Shown here piece after piece: positions 27,519 through 37,290 of a stretch of 64,000 bases of DNA. A program made the position numbers and the translations under genes. This DNA comes from a bacterium (GTDB lineage: Bacteria > Bacillota > Clostridia > Oscillospirales > CAG-272). Each line of letters starts with the position of its first letter. The stretch's first letter is position 1. The DNA lies in assembly GCA_963643035.1 (NCBI GenBank), contig CAVIKO010000005.1, forward strand, positions 1,170-65,169, in the 5' to 3' direction. Below the pieces are notes generated by a model that was given only the letters and a program-made list of their open reading frames with translations, searched no databases and was not told the DNA's origin.

Positions 27519-28160
27519 CTATCTATCCCTGCTTTCGCATCCGTGCCTGCATTCCCTTTTTAGGGGGCAATCGGCACATTTGGGCGCTCTGGCGGTGCAG
27601 TATTCTCTGCCGAACAGAACCATTCTGTGGCAGTAGGCGGCTTGCTCCGCTTTCGGGATGATTGGATCTAAGATTTTCTCCACCCGCACGGGATCCTTTA
27701 AGACCTCGGGATAGAAACCGAGTCTGCCGTTTATGCGTATACAGTGCGTATCTGCGACGATACCGGGCTTTCGGAACGCGTCTCCCAGCACGAGATTGGC
27801 GATCTTTCTTCCGACGCCGGGCAGTGTGAGCAAATCCTCCATGGTATCGGGAACCCGTCCGCCATACACGACAACGATGCGTGCCGCCGCCGCGTGGAGA
27901 TTTTCGCTTTTGACCCGCCAGAAGCCGCAGGAACGGATACAGTCACCGATCTCCGCGGCCTCTCCCGCCGCCATTGCGCCGACCGTGGGATATTTCGCAA
28001 AGAGCGCAGGAGTGACGAGGTTGACCCGTGCATCCGTACACTGTGCCGACAGCACACCCATCACGAGTAGACGCCACGGATCGCCATTCCAAGTAAGGGA
28101 ACAGAGCGCGTCCGGGTAGCATTCGGTGAGAATTTCATGGATTTTTGCAATGTCCGGCAT
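27519..28160 (-). CDS. nth: endonuclease III (HhH-GPD, Fe-S cluster)
   Basis: ATG at 28160 with SD GAAAGGAGG. LPGVGRKIANLV helix-hairpin-helix. C-terminal CTARAPKCADCPLKRECRHG cluster. Confidence 0.9.
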   Translation of the reverse strand: MPDIAKIHEILTECYPDALCSLTWNGDPWRLLVMGVLSAQCTDARVNLVTPALFAKYPTVGAMAAGEAAEIGDCIRSCGFWRVKSENLHAAAARIVVVYGGRVPDTMEDLLTLPGVGRKIANLVLGDAFRKPGIVADTHCIRINGRLGFYPEVLKDPVRVEKILDPIIPKAEQAAYCHRMVLFGREYCTARAPKCADCPLKRECRHGCESRDR

Positions 28161-28209
28161 ATCTGCGCCTCCTTTCTGTACCCGCTGTACGCAGATCGGT
28201 TTCACGGGA

Positions 28210-30267
28210 TCATTCGAGTTCAAAATAATAATCAAAAATATCTTTGATGGCGTATCCTGCGTTCGTACCGTTGGCGCCCTGCTCAATGACGCACGTGACG
28301 GCAATTTTCGGCGCGTCGTAGGGTGCGAAAGCGGTCATGATCGCGTTGTCGCTTTTCGTTTTATAAACCTGCGCGGTACCGGTTTTGCCGCCGACCGGAA
28401 TTGCATAGCCGGAGAAAACACGCGCCGCGGAGCCGTTGTCCATAACATTTTTCATGCCTTCCTTGACCGTCTCGAAAATTTCTTCCGAGAACAGCTCTTC
28501 CGACAGCACCGTAGGCGTTGTTTCCTCCAAAACGCCGCCATCGTAGCTCACAATCCGATCGAGTAGATGCGCGCTGTATCGTTTGCCGCGATTGAGTACC
28601 GTCGTCAGGTACATATTGATCTGGAGAGGAGTGAACACGTTGTCGGACTGTCCGATGGCAGCTTGCAAAGTATCACCGGGACTCCATTTGCCAAGTCCGT
28701 TGTCGTTACGGTAGTCAGGACCGGCAAGGATACCCGTTTTTTCCGGCAGTTCAATCCCAGTTGCTTCGCCAAAGCCGAAATTTTTCATGTGCGCATTCAT
28801 CTTTTCGATGGTAAGCAGTCTGCCGACCTCATAAAAGAAGTAGTTGCACGATTCCTGAATCGCCTCGGTGACGTTGATGTAGCCATGCGTACCGCCATAC
28901 GCGTAGATCCAGCATTCCGGCTGGTAGTCGCTGTAATACGTATATTTGCCCTGCGCGTTGATGATCGTATCTTTTTCGATGATCCCCTCCTCCAAAGCCG
29001 CAATCGCCACGCCGACCTTGAAAGTGGAGCCGGGCGCATAGGTACCGAACAGGGCACGGTTGTACATCGGCTGCCGCTCATCGCTGTTGAGGGTCGTAAA
29101 ATCCTGCTGGAATGTCGCGAGATTGTAGGTCGGATAGGACGCAATGGCAAGAATGTCCCCGCTGCTCACATCGGTCGCGACGATCGCGCCGGCGGACGCA
29201 TCCTCACCGGTCAGCGGGCGGCTGGGGTCCGCCTCGTCCCGGATTCGCTGTACCGTGGTGGCAAGCGCGTTTTCCGCCTCCATCTGCATGTCGATGTCGA
29301 TGGTCAGATACACGTCAGAGCCTGCCAATGGTTCGCGTGTGACCTCCGTTTTGATGATATTGCCGTAGGAATCCTCCGTGATCGTCAGTTCTCCGTCCAC
29401 GCCACGCAGCGATTCCTCGAACGCTTTCTCCACGCCGTCCAGACCGACCACATCGTCAAGGGTATAGCCGCGATCCAAATAATAGTCCTCGCTCCCGCTT
29501 GGCACCTTACCGATCCTGCCGAGAATGTGGGACGCGTAGCCGGGATATTCGTAGTTGCGCGTCAGAACCGTCGTCACCAGGATTCCGCGCGTCAGTTCCT
29601 CCTCCACCTGCGATACGGCAGCGAGGGAAATGTCCTCTGCGATCGTGTACGGCTCCACGGCGGAGAAATTCGACAGTTCCATATCCAGCCGATACGTGAT
29701 AAGCATCGCGGTTTCCTCGGGAGTGTAGATCATCTCCGCGTCCTCATCGATGAGAGCGTACCGTTCCATCAGCCCATGCACACAGGCATCCACGTCCCGT
29801 GCGTCGTCGAGATTCATCCCGTCGATGAGCTTCTCGTACCGGCTGCCCTTTACGGTGTCAAAAAACGTCTCGTCATACCGAAACGATACGGAGTCCTCCC
29901 CTGTCGAGATCACAAACGGCGTGACCGATGGCTCGACCGGCGTGATTTCATGGGCAGACAGGATTTCCATCGCACGGCAAAGGAGCGCGTTCTTGTCCGT
30001 TTCCTTATCGGGGAACGAGCTGTAGTCAAATTGCAAATTATACGTATAATGATTTGTCACAAGCGGTGTGCCGTTGCGGTCATAAATCTCGCCGCGAAAC
30101 GCCTGAATCGGCTCCGTCCGCGTGTAATACACCGTCGGTGTCGCCATCGTATAGTAATCCTGCCCCGCGACCTGTAAATACAGCAGCCGTCCCGTGTACA
30201 GCAGGCAAAACGCGCAGAACAGCACGCCCAGCGCGAAATATCGTATCAGATGCTCTTTTTTCTTCAT
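28210..30267 (-). CDS. penicillin-binding protein 2 / class B transpeptidase
   Basis: N-terminal TM anchor. Motifs STFK, SCN and KTGT are all present. 685 aa. Confidence 0.9.
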   Translation of the reverse strand: MKKKEHLIRYFALGVLFCAFCLLYTGRLLYLQVAGQDYYTMATPTVYYTRTEPIQAFRGEIYDRNGTPLVTNHYTYNLQFDYSSFPDKETDKNALLCRAMEILSAHEITPVEPSVTPFVISTGEDSVSFRYDETFFDTVKGSRYEKLIDGMNLDDARDVDACVHGLMERYALIDEDAEMIYTPEETAMLITYRLDMELSNFSAVEPYTIAEDISLAAVSQVEEELTRGILVTTVLTRNYEYPGYASHILGRIGKVPSGSEDYYLDRGYTLDDVVGLDGVEKAFEESLRGVDGELTITEDSYGNIIKTEVTREPLAGSDVYLTIDIDMQMEAENALATTVQRIRDEADPSRPLTGEDASAGAIVATDVSSGDILAIASYPTYNLATFQQDFTTLNSDERQPMYNRALFGTYAPGSTFKVGVAIAALEEGIIEKDTIINAQGKYTYYSDYQPECWIYAYGGTHGYINVTEAIQESCNYFFYEVGRLLTIEKMNAHMKNFGFGEATGIELPEKTGILAGPDYRNDNGLGKWSPGDTLQAAIGQSDNVFTPLQINMYLTTVLNRGKRYSAHLLDRIVSYDGGVLEETTPTVLSEELFSEEIFETVKEGMKNVMDNGSAARVFSGYAIPVGGKTGTAQVYKTKSDNAIMTAFAPYDAPKIAVTCVIEQGANGTNAGYAIKDIFDYYFELE

Positions 30268-30398
30268 GCTTTCAGAATAACGTCAGAACCCCTTTGAAGG
30301 GGGAACAGCAATCCGGAAGAGGAAGGTCTTGTCCTTCCTCATGGATTTTGGGCGGGATCGGCAGCAGATGCTTTCTCTATCACAATACCCACGCGCCG

Positions 30399-31583
30399 TC
30401 ACCGCATCCGTTGGAGGGTGCATACTCCGTCGGCAAGAGCGGCGGCGAAGGCATCGATTTCCTCCGCGGTATTCGTATAGTCGAAGCTCACACGGATCGC
30501 CGTATCCATGGCACGTGCGTCCAAACCGTAGGCAACGAGCGCGGCAGAGGTATGCTTTCCATGCGCGGAGCAGGCGGATCCGGCAGACACGCAGATTTCG
30601 CGTCCGGAGAGATAATTGAGCATAATCTCACTGCGGATGCCGGGGAGAGACAGATGAAGGATCCCCTCCACAGGCACGGGCGGGATGTGGATCTCCACGC
30701 CTGCAATGACAGACAGCCGATCGAGAAGACGGGTGCGCAATATGCTCTCCGTCTCTCTGTGTGCGGCAAAATCGCGCATGGCTTCTGTGGCGGCGGCGGC
30801 AAAGGCAGCGATAGCGAAGAGATTCTCCGTGCCGCTGCGATAGCCGAACTCCTGACCGCCGCCGGGCATAACAGGAACAATCCGTTTCTGTCGGTCGAGA
30901 TCGCCTCGGATATACAGCGCACCCGCTCCGCGTGTACCGTGGATTTTATGGGCGCTGACAGACAGAGTGTCCACACCAAGCCGTTCAGGGGAATCCTTGA
31001 TTTTGCAAAAGCCCTGCACATCGTCGCAATGGATCACCGCGCCCGGCGCATATTTCCGCACGATTTTGGCGGCAGCGGGGACGTCGTACACAGCCCCTGT
31101 CTCGTTATTGACACGCATACAGCCGAAATAGAGAACGGGAGACGGCGGATTTTGCACCGCATCCGCAAGAGCATCGAGATCGAGCACGCCGCCCGTGGTG
31201 GGGATGCGCACGAGGTCATATCCCTCGCTTTCCAGCCGCAGTGCGGGGTTTTCCATGGACGGATGCTCCCCTGCGGCAAGAAGGATGGTTCCGGGGTGAT
31301 GGGGATCCCGCTTTTTGGCATACGCGGAGCCGAGGAGGGAGAGGTTATTCGCCTCTGTTCCGGAGGCAGTGAGGATCACACGATCGGCACCCATCCGGTT
31401 CTCCAGCCGACGGAGTCCCATCGCGTGCGCGATCTCCTCCCGACATCCCGCGAGAAATTTTGCAGAGGACAATCCGGCAAAATGTGTGGACGAGGGATTG
31501 GCAAAATACGCCTCCGCCGCTCGCATACCGTTTATTGCCGCCTGCGATGGTTTTGTTGTGGCTGCGTTATCAAGATAGATCAT
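30399..31583 (-). CDS. cysteine desulfurase, class V aminotransferase (second NifS-like paralog)
   Basis: MIYLDNAATTKP start. SAHKIHGTRGAGALY PLP-lysine region. 394 aa. Confidence 0.9.
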   Translation of the reverse strand: MIYLDNAATTKPSQAAINGMRAAEAYFANPSSTHFAGLSSAKFLAGCREEIAHAMGLRRLENRMGADRVILTASGTEANNLSLLGSAYAKKRDPHHPGTILLAAGEHPSMENPALRLESEGYDLVRIPTTGGVLDLDALADAVQNPPSPVLYFGCMRVNNETGAVYDVPAAAKIVRKYAPGAVIHCDDVQGFCKIKDSPERLGVDTLSVSAHKIHGTRGAGALYIRGDLDRQKRIVPVMPGGGQEFGYRSGTENLFAIAAFAAAATEAMRDFAAHRETESILRTRLLDRLSVIAGVEIHIPPVPVEGILHLSLPGIRSEIMLNYLSGREICVSAGSACSAHGKHTSAALVAYGLDARAMDTAIRVSFDYTNTAEEIDAFAAALADGVCTLQRMR

Positions 31584-31728
31584 ATTATATACCTGTTCAT
31601 TATAAAAGGAAACGCGGCTTTTTGAGCCTTGGCAAGAACTTTTATAAGGGAATTGGGATAGGATTTCGTTTGTACAGATCCGGGTCAGGTTTTATTGCCG
31701 GTGTATTCCATGGGTGCTCCCGGAATCA

Positions 31729-32247
31729 TTACGGAATCAGCAGAAACTCCAGCATCTGATCGACTTCCTCCATGTGGGACTCGTACAGATCGGGCAGCGA
31801 TGTATACGTGAACAGATAGACATTGCCGTTTTTGACAGTCGCCGCCTGCAGGACATGGTAGGTATATGCGCCGAGCGTCCCGGTCCAGGTATATTTCACG
31901 CCGTGATTGCCGTCAATGAGGATATTCTCGCTCCCCTCCACGGTCACATCCTGATACACGTTCTCAATTTCCTGGAGATTCGTCTCCCACCACTCCTCTA
32001 ATGTGGTATCCGTATGGGGCAGTTCCCACGAAGTCACAAGAACCCCGGACGTATCGGCGTTCGAGTAATACGCCCCGGTAGCCCCGGTCGTTATATCCAC
32101 CGTCCAGTCCTCCGGTACAAACAGCGTATAATCCGCGCCTTCCCCGGACGCCGTTTTCATCCCTGTCGGCGCATTGGGATCCTTATCGCATCCTGCCAGC
32201 AGGAGCATGGCTGCCGCTATGGTTATGACCAAGATTTTTTTCTTCAT
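31729..32247 (-). CDS. lipoprotein, unknown function
   Basis: MKKKILVITIAAAMLLLAGCDKD (lipobox LAGC). 172 aa. Confidence 0.7.
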   Translation of the reverse strand: MKKKILVITIAAAMLLLAGCDKDPNAPTGMKTASGEGADYTLFVPEDWTVDITTGATGAYYSNADTSGVLVTSWELPHTDTTLEEWWETNLQEIENVYQDVTVEGSENILIDGNHGVKYTWTGTLGAYTYHVLQAATVKNGNVYLFTYTSLPDLYESHMEEVDQMLEFLLIP

Positions 32248-32370
32248 TATCTACATCTACCTCCGTTTCATGGGGATGCGGTCGCGTTCGGAAACGAAGC
32301 TGTTCGTTCCGGCTCCCGCAAAGCATTCAGAATTTTGCATCACGCACTGCTTTTCCTTATGATATGCTAC

Positions 32371-32399
32371 ATTATAGTATATCCCCGTGCGGGTTTCAA
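32371..32399 (-). promoter_or_regulatory. promoter of the lipoprotein / cysteine desulfurase unit
   Basis: Minus strand TTGAAA-17 nt-TATAAT. Confidence 0.55.
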
Positions 32400-32472
32400 G
32401 GGACAAAATGTAAACGTGGGAGAAAATCAAAGATTCGTACGAAAAAATCAAAAGAAAAAGAAAAAATCCCCC

Positions 32473-32501
32473 TTGACAAATTCGTTGCAATGTGGTATAC
32501 T
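32473..32501 (+). promoter_or_regulatory. promoter of the Fur-family regulator gene
   Basis: TTGACA-17 nt-TATACT with TG extension. AT-rich partial dyads (TCTTATCAAGAATCAATCTTATTTAAGAATGA) between the -10 and the start codon could be a Fur/PerR-type box. Confidence 0.6.
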
Positions 32502-32539
32502 CTTATCAAGAATCAATCTTATTTAAGAATGAGTATCAT

Positions 32540-32995
32540 ATGAAGCGAAACACACTGCAAAAACGGATTATTCTGGATGCGCTGCGGGAAATGAACTGCC
32601 ACGCGTCTGCGAGAATGGTGTATGCGAAAATCTCCGCGGACTATCCGACGATCAGTCTCGGCACCGTCTATCGCGTGTTGTCTGATGCGGCAGAATCAGG
32701 GGAGCTTCTGCGGCTCCATTTCACAACGACGGACGATCGGTTCGATATTACGCTTCCCCCGCATCCGCACGTCGTCTGTTCCCGGTGCGGTTTCGTGGAC
32801 GATGTAACGATGCGCGGCGGCTGGGACGATAGGGACAACGTACTCTCCGCCGGACGCGATCCGGACGCTCCGTTTCTCCTCACGGGCTGCACCATCGAAT
32901 GGGTCGGACTGTGCGCCGCCTGTCAGAGGGCATTGGCAGAGGATAGAGCCGAGAGCGCAGAGAAAACAGAAAAAGCGGAAAACGATCCCGCGTGA
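32540..32995 (+). CDS. Fur-family transcriptional regulator (PerR-like by context)
   Basis: ATG at 32540 (MKRNTLQKRIILDALRE...). CxxC pairs VCSRCG and LCAACQ. Sits directly upstream of rubrerythrin. Confidence 0.8.
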   Translation: MKRNTLQKRIILDALREMNCHASARMVYAKISADYPTISLGTVYRVLSDAAESGELLRLHFTTTDDRFDITLPPHPHVVCSRCGFVDDVTMRGGWDDRDNVLSAGRDPDAPFLLTGCTIEWVGLCAACQRALAEDRAESAEKTEKAENDPA

Positions 32996-33088
32996 ATCCG
33001 ATGGCAAAAACGGCACGGAATCCGAAGAATCGCGCAAAACAACACAAATTACAGGCGAAACGCCGGAGAAAACAAAGGAGAATGGGCT

Positions 33089-33643
33089 ATGAAAAAGTGG
33101 AGATGCACCGTATGCGGAGAAATCGTGGAATCGGATGTAAGACCGGACAAATGTCCTCTTTGCAAAGCGCCGGGCGATAAATTTGTCGAAGTCAAGGAAG
33201 AAGCGATGACTTGGGCAGCGGAACACGTAGTTGGTCTGGGAAAGGCGGCAGATGTCCCGGAAGAGGTAATTGAGGGACTGCGTGCGAACTTTAACGGCGA
33301 ATGCACCGAGGTCGGCATGTATCTGGCGATGGCACGGGTCGCACATCGGGAGGGCTACCCGGAGATCGGTCTGTATTGGGAAAAAGCAGCATATGAGGAA
33401 GCAGAGCACGCGGCAAAATTTGCGGAACTGCTCGGCGAGGTCGTCACACCGTCCACGGAAAAGAACCTGACGATGCGCGTAGAAGCGGAAAACGGCGCGA
33501 CAGCGGGCAAATACGAGCTGGCAAAGCTGGCAAAACAATACAATCTCGATGCAATTCACGACACCGTCCACGAGATGGCAAAGGACGAAGCCCGGCACGG
33601 CAAGGCCTTCGCGGGACTTCTGAAGCGGTACTTCAACAAGTAA
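33089..33643 (+). CDS. rbr: reverse rubrerythrin (N-terminal rubredoxin-like CxxC...CxxC plus a ferritin-like four-helix domain)
   Basis: [28 protein letters not shown] followed by ExxH di-iron motifs ([18 protein letters not shown]). SD AAAGGAGAA. Confidence 0.9.
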   Translation: MKKWRCTVCGEIVESDVRPDKCPLCKAPGDKFVEVKEEAMTWAAEHVVGLGKAADVPEEVIEGLRANFNGECTEVGMYLAMARVAHREGYPEIGLYWEKAAYEEAEHAAKFAELLGEVVTPSTEKNLTMRVEAENGATAGKYELAKLAKQYNLDAIHDTVHEMAKDEARHGKAFAGLLKRYFNK

Positions 33644-33707
33644 GAAAACTTGTAAGCACTGCGTTTTAACAAAAAGAAGGGGCTGTAAAAAAGTTCCCCA
33701 AAAGCGG

Positions 33708-33750
33708 CCGGAGACGGAGGTCAAGCAGGCTTCCGTCTCCGGTTGTTTCG
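33708..33750 (+). terminator. intrinsic terminator after rubrerythrin
   Basis: CCGGAGACGGA-N13-TCCGTCTCCGG followed by TTGTTT. Confidence 0.7.
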
Positions 33751-33774
33751 TGCCAAGGGCAATATACACAATTC

Positions 33775-33800
33775 ATTAGACAGATCCGTTTTCCTTATAG
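33775..33800 (+). repeat. 26-nt direct repeat, left copy (ATTAGACAGATCCGTTTTCCTTATAG)
   Basis: Matches 35641-35666 apart from three substitutions and one single-base indel. Confidence 0.7.
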
Positions 33801-34056
33801 AACGAGAGTGAGATGCATATGGTAATCGAACTGAACCGCCTTACAGGCCATCCTATCCCAATACCATCAGTCGACATTCTGATCCATACCCTGCCATATC
33901 CGATCAAGCATATTCCCGTTGGTGCATAGGTTGGCTGTAAGTTGTCCGTTTTGACTTGCAGATCCGTCTATGCGCTTTGTTGATTTACTTTAAAAGAGGC
34001 AGCGACATACGTAGTTCATTTTTCTTGCACTTTACAACATTTTTCCCAACCTAATA

Positions 34057-34085
34057 TTGACATGGCAGCGTTTTTATGATACAAT
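34057..34085 (+). promoter_or_regulatory. promoter of SBP paralog 2
   Basis: TTGACA-17 nt-TACAAT with TG extension. Confidence 0.55.
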
Positions 34086-34137
34086 TCCGATCAGAAGCAA
34101 CGCATTCTTAAAATATTATAGAGAAAGGCATTTTGTT

Positions 34138-35634
34138 ATGAACAGACGTCTGACCGCTCTGTTGATTGCTATTCTGACCGCACTGCCGCTGACAGCCTGC
34201 GGGAATACAACAACTAGTGAAAGCGACACCACTCCCACGATTCAGACAGATACCGCACCGGAAACCGAACCAACGGAAACCGAACCATCCTATGATCCGG
34301 GGCTTGCAGCCGTGGATTACAGCGGCACAGATTTTGTCATTCTCTACAACTATGGCAACGCCCTTGAGCCAAACAAGGACTTTGTGGGTGAAACGCTGAC
34401 CGGTGAAATCGTCAACGATGCCGTATACAACCGTACGATTGCGCTTGAGGAGAAATACAAGCTCAAAATGACATACACGGAATGCCAGGGAGACAGCGCA
34501 GTCGCAACTATGCTGCAAAAAGCCGTGACCGCCGGGGACTCCACCTACGCCGGTGCAGACATGAACGCGCAATTCTGTGTACAGCAGGCAAGCAAAGGCA
34601 CGCTTCTGGAACTGCATCAGCTTCCGAATATAGATTTATCGAAGCCCTATTGGAGCGATACCATGCTTTCCGGCAGTTCCATTAAAGGGAAGAATTACTT
34701 CGCCTTCTCGGACATCAACATTCACGCATACGGCGCCACTCCCTGTATTATTTTCAATAAAGTGGTACACCAAAACCACCAGCTGGAAGATCTCTACGAA
34801 ATCGTTTTGGACGGTCACTGGACTTTTGACAAGGCGTGCGAAATGATTTCCGCGGTAACCTCCGATCTGGATGGCGACGGTAAGATTACAAAAGACGACA
34901 GACTCGGCCTGATCGCAAACAACTTCTGCGTGGACTGCTTCATCTCCGGCACCGGCTACCAGATGATCGGCAAGGATGAAAACGACCTGCCGGTGCTACA
35001 AATGTATAGCGAGGAATTTGCCGACATCATGGATGGCATCAAAAAATTGCTGTCTGTAGAGACCGGATCGTTCTTGGTGGACAGAACCAGCACCGAAACA
35101 GAGGCCAGAGAATACTGGACGGAATGGGCAATCACGGAAGATCGTGCATTATTCTGGGTTGGTAATATAAAATGTGTGGAACGGATGCGCCAATCCGAGT
35201 CTGACTTTGGTGTCGTTCCCATGCCTAAGGCAAATGAAAATCAACAGAACTACGCCATTCACACGCAGGCAAATATCGGTACTGTGCTCTGTTTCCCGGC
35301 AATCGTTGCAGACACGGATATGGTCAGCCGCGTAATGGAGGATATGGCATACATCTCGTACATGACCGTCATGCCGGCATACATGGACGTATGCATAGAT
35401 GGAAAATCCATACGGGACGAAGAATCGCTCGCATGCCTGGAAATCATCCGCAATTCGTATTACTGTGACCTTGGCTTCATGTGCCAGCAGATGAACGTGA
35501 ACATCCTCGGCACCATGCGCGATTACGTCACCGCGAACCGTTCGGATTTCATGTCCAGTATGGAGAAAAAATCAAACACTTGGAGTAAGGCAGTGGAAAA
35601 AATCGCCGCGGCGTTCTCGGAAACTGCCGAATAA
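34138..35634 (+). CDS. orphan ABC-type solute-binding lipoprotein, paralog 2
   Basis: ATG at 34138 (MNRRLTALLIAILTALPLTACG, lipobox LTAC). Thr/Glu/Pro linker. Shares the paralog motifs. Confidence 0.85.
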   Translation: MNRRLTALLIAILTALPLTACGNTTTSESDTTPTIQTDTAPETEPTETEPSYDPGLAAVDYSGTDFVILYNYGNALEPNKDFVGETLTGEIVNDAVYNRTIALEEKYKLKMTYTECQGDSAVATMLQKAVTAGDSTYAGADMNAQFCVQQASKGTLLELHQLPNIDLSKPYWSDTMLSGSSIKGKNYFAFSDINIHAYGATPCIIFNKVVHQNHQLEDLYEIVLDGHWTFDKACEMISAVTSDLDGDGKITKDDRLGLIANNFCVDCFISGTGYQMIGKDENDLPVLQMYSEEFADIMDGIKKLLSVETGSFLVDRTSTETEAREYWTEWAITEDRALFWVGNIKCVERMRQSESDFGVVPMPKANENQQNYAIHTQANIGTVLCFPAIVADTDMVSRVMEDMAYISYMTVMPAYMDVCIDGKSIRDEESLACLEIIRNSYYCDLGFMCQQMNVNILGTMRDYVTANRSDFMSSMEKKSNTWSKAVEKIAAAFSETAE

Positions 35635-35640
35635 TTCTAT

Positions 35641-35666
35641 ATCAGACAGATCCGTTTCCCTTACAG
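35641..35666 (+). repeat. 26-nt direct repeat, right copy (ATCAGACAGATCCGTTTCCCTTACAG)
   Basis: See 33775-33800. Starts 7 nt after the SBP stop. Confidence 0.7.
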
Positions 35667-35831
35667 GATGTGGAACGCTCTGTCCCACTCGATTTACTAT
35701 TGAGATAGGTGCAATTTCTGAATACTGTCACAGCCAAAACAGAATATTATCGCCGGCAATGCGGTTCCCGTCAACCTTGCCACTGCAATAAAGGAACAGC
35801 TTATCCCAATACACCAAAGAAAGGCTCTCCT

Positions 35832-37103
35832 ATGCCAAACATCACCATTCTTCCCCCTGCCGACGGCATTTTTACGCCGGACGTACCGACAGACCCCTCC
35901 AAGCCCGAGCGCGTCACCCCGTCCGCGCCAATCTCGCCCTATCATGGGTATCTCCGTCCGCAAAACGATCCTGCGGCAAAGGCAGTCGGAGACAGGCTTG
36001 CCGCCGAAATACAGGCGCATATCCTCGCGGATTTTGAGAAAAACGAAGTGTACTGTGCGGCGCATCCGGAGGATCCCATAGACAAAATGGTGCATGTCTC
36101 GACTTTTGCCATTGTCGGGGACGTGCTCTACATGACCTATTACGCAAACACCGGGACGGACGCGGAGGATCCGGCGTATCAGGAAGCGCGATTCGCGTTC
36201 TGTCCGATACACGGCGCGACAGAGGAAAACATAACCTTAGACACCGACAAAATGGTAATCCTCCGGCTCCAGAAGGCGGGCGACACCCTGGACGGACGGC
36301 ACATCGACCGCGTATACGATACGATTTTACTCCGGCGGGAGGACGATGCGGACACGCTCTACCTCCTATGGACCGCCTCCGCGGACAATTTATACTACCG
36401 TTTCTACTGCACGTATACCATCTCCACTGCGACCCTTTCCGCAATCCGCCCGAACCGGTTCCGCGTGGGGAATGTGGAAAACGACTTTTCCATCCGCGGC
36501 ATGATCGGTGCGCTGTCGGCTAACGGAATCGCGCACAAGCCCATGTGGAGCGACATCGGGATCATGCAGAAGCTGTCCACGCACGTGGAAAACGGAAAAC
36601 TATGGTATTACACAGGCGCGTACTCCGGAAACTTCAACTGCATCATCAAAAGCCGCGATCTTGTGACATGGGAATATGTAGCCGCTCCCGATTTCATCAA
36701 CGAATCACTGTGGGAAAACGCCGTGTATGTGATCGGGGACAAGTGCTGGTACTTTGTGCGCCAGGATGAGTGTATGCAGGGTTTTCTCACCGCGTATGAC
36801 CTGAAAACCGGGATGTGGGCGGTGCCGACGCTGATCCGCGATGCGCAGTCCCGCTCGGATTTCATCCGGTACAAGGGGGATCTGTACCTCATCCACGCGC
36901 CGATCGACCGGAACGGATTCGGGATCGTGAAGATCAACCGCGAAAATCCCGCCGCGAGCACGCCGGTTGCGGTGGCGGACATGCACGACAGCCTGTTCTA
37001 TCCCTACACGGATCTCTGCGGCGGCTACGCGTACATGTCGTACACGGTGGCGCGCAAGCACATTCGTCTCACACGGTTCCCGATTGCGGAATTTTTGGGG
37101 TAA
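35832..37103 (+). CDS. hypothetical cytoplasmic protein (possibly a beta-propeller / glycosidase-like fold)
   Basis: Long ORF with protein-like composition and no signal peptide. ATG at 35832 preferred over the track start. Aromatic-rich repeated strands (WYYTGAYSG, WYFVRQDE, LYLIHAPID). No motif I can name. Confidence 0.6.
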   Translation: MPNITILPPADGIFTPDVPTDPSKPERVTPSAPISPYHGYLRPQNDPAAKAVGDRLAAEIQAHILADFEKNEVYCAAHPEDPIDKMVHVSTFAIVGDVLYMTYYANTGTDAEDPAYQEARFAFCPIHGATEENITLDTDKMVILRLQKAGDTLDGRHIDRVYDTILLRREDDADTLYLLWTASADNLYYRFYCTYTISTATLSAIRPNRFRVGNVENDFSIRGMIGALSANGIAHKPMWSDIGIMQKLSTHVENGKLWYYTGAYSGNFNCIIKSRDLVTWEYVAAPDFINESLWENAVYVIGDKCWYFVRQDECMQGFLTAYDLKTGMWAVPTLIRDAQSRSDFIRYKGDLYLIHAPIDRNGFGIVKINRENPAASTPVAVADMHDSLFYPYTDLCGGYAYMSYTVARKHIRLTRFPIAEFLG

Positions 37104-37115
37104 CAAACGGAAAGA

Positions 37116-37143
37116 AGGATCGCTCCGACGGCGGTCCTTTTTC
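37116..37143 (+). terminator. intrinsic terminator
   Basis: AGGATCGC-N7-GCGGTCCT (one G-U pair) then TTTTT. Confidence 0.6.
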
Positions 37144-37225
37144 ATCTATTTTCCCCATAAACCATTTTCCGTCTCATCCCGCAATCCGGTGTAGCTGCGC
37201 AGGCGCAAATTCATCGGGTTTGTGC

Positions 37226-37254
37226 TTGCGAACCGTTTCAGATTGTGGTATACT
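37226..37254 (+). promoter_or_regulatory. promoter of the PHP-domain gene
   Basis: TTGCGA-17 nt-TATACT with TG extension (TGTGGTATACT). Confidence 0.55.
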
Positions 37255-37290
37255 TATTGTAAAATTCAGTAGAAAAAAGAAGGGTTATCT

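Noticed and set aside
14321-31583. Two NifS-like cysteine desulfurases as a possible recent duplication or unusual Fe-S system
   Set aside because: The two proteins are clearly diverged beyond the shared family motifs and sit in unrelated contexts. Multiple class-V desulfurases are normal in Clostridia. No IscU/SufU is adjacent, but that is not informative on its own.
32696-33769. 357-aa minus-strand ORF spanning the Fur-family and rubrerythrin genes
   Set aside because: It is antisense to two genes with unmistakable motifs. Composition is Cys/Arg/Phe-rich and there is no SD.
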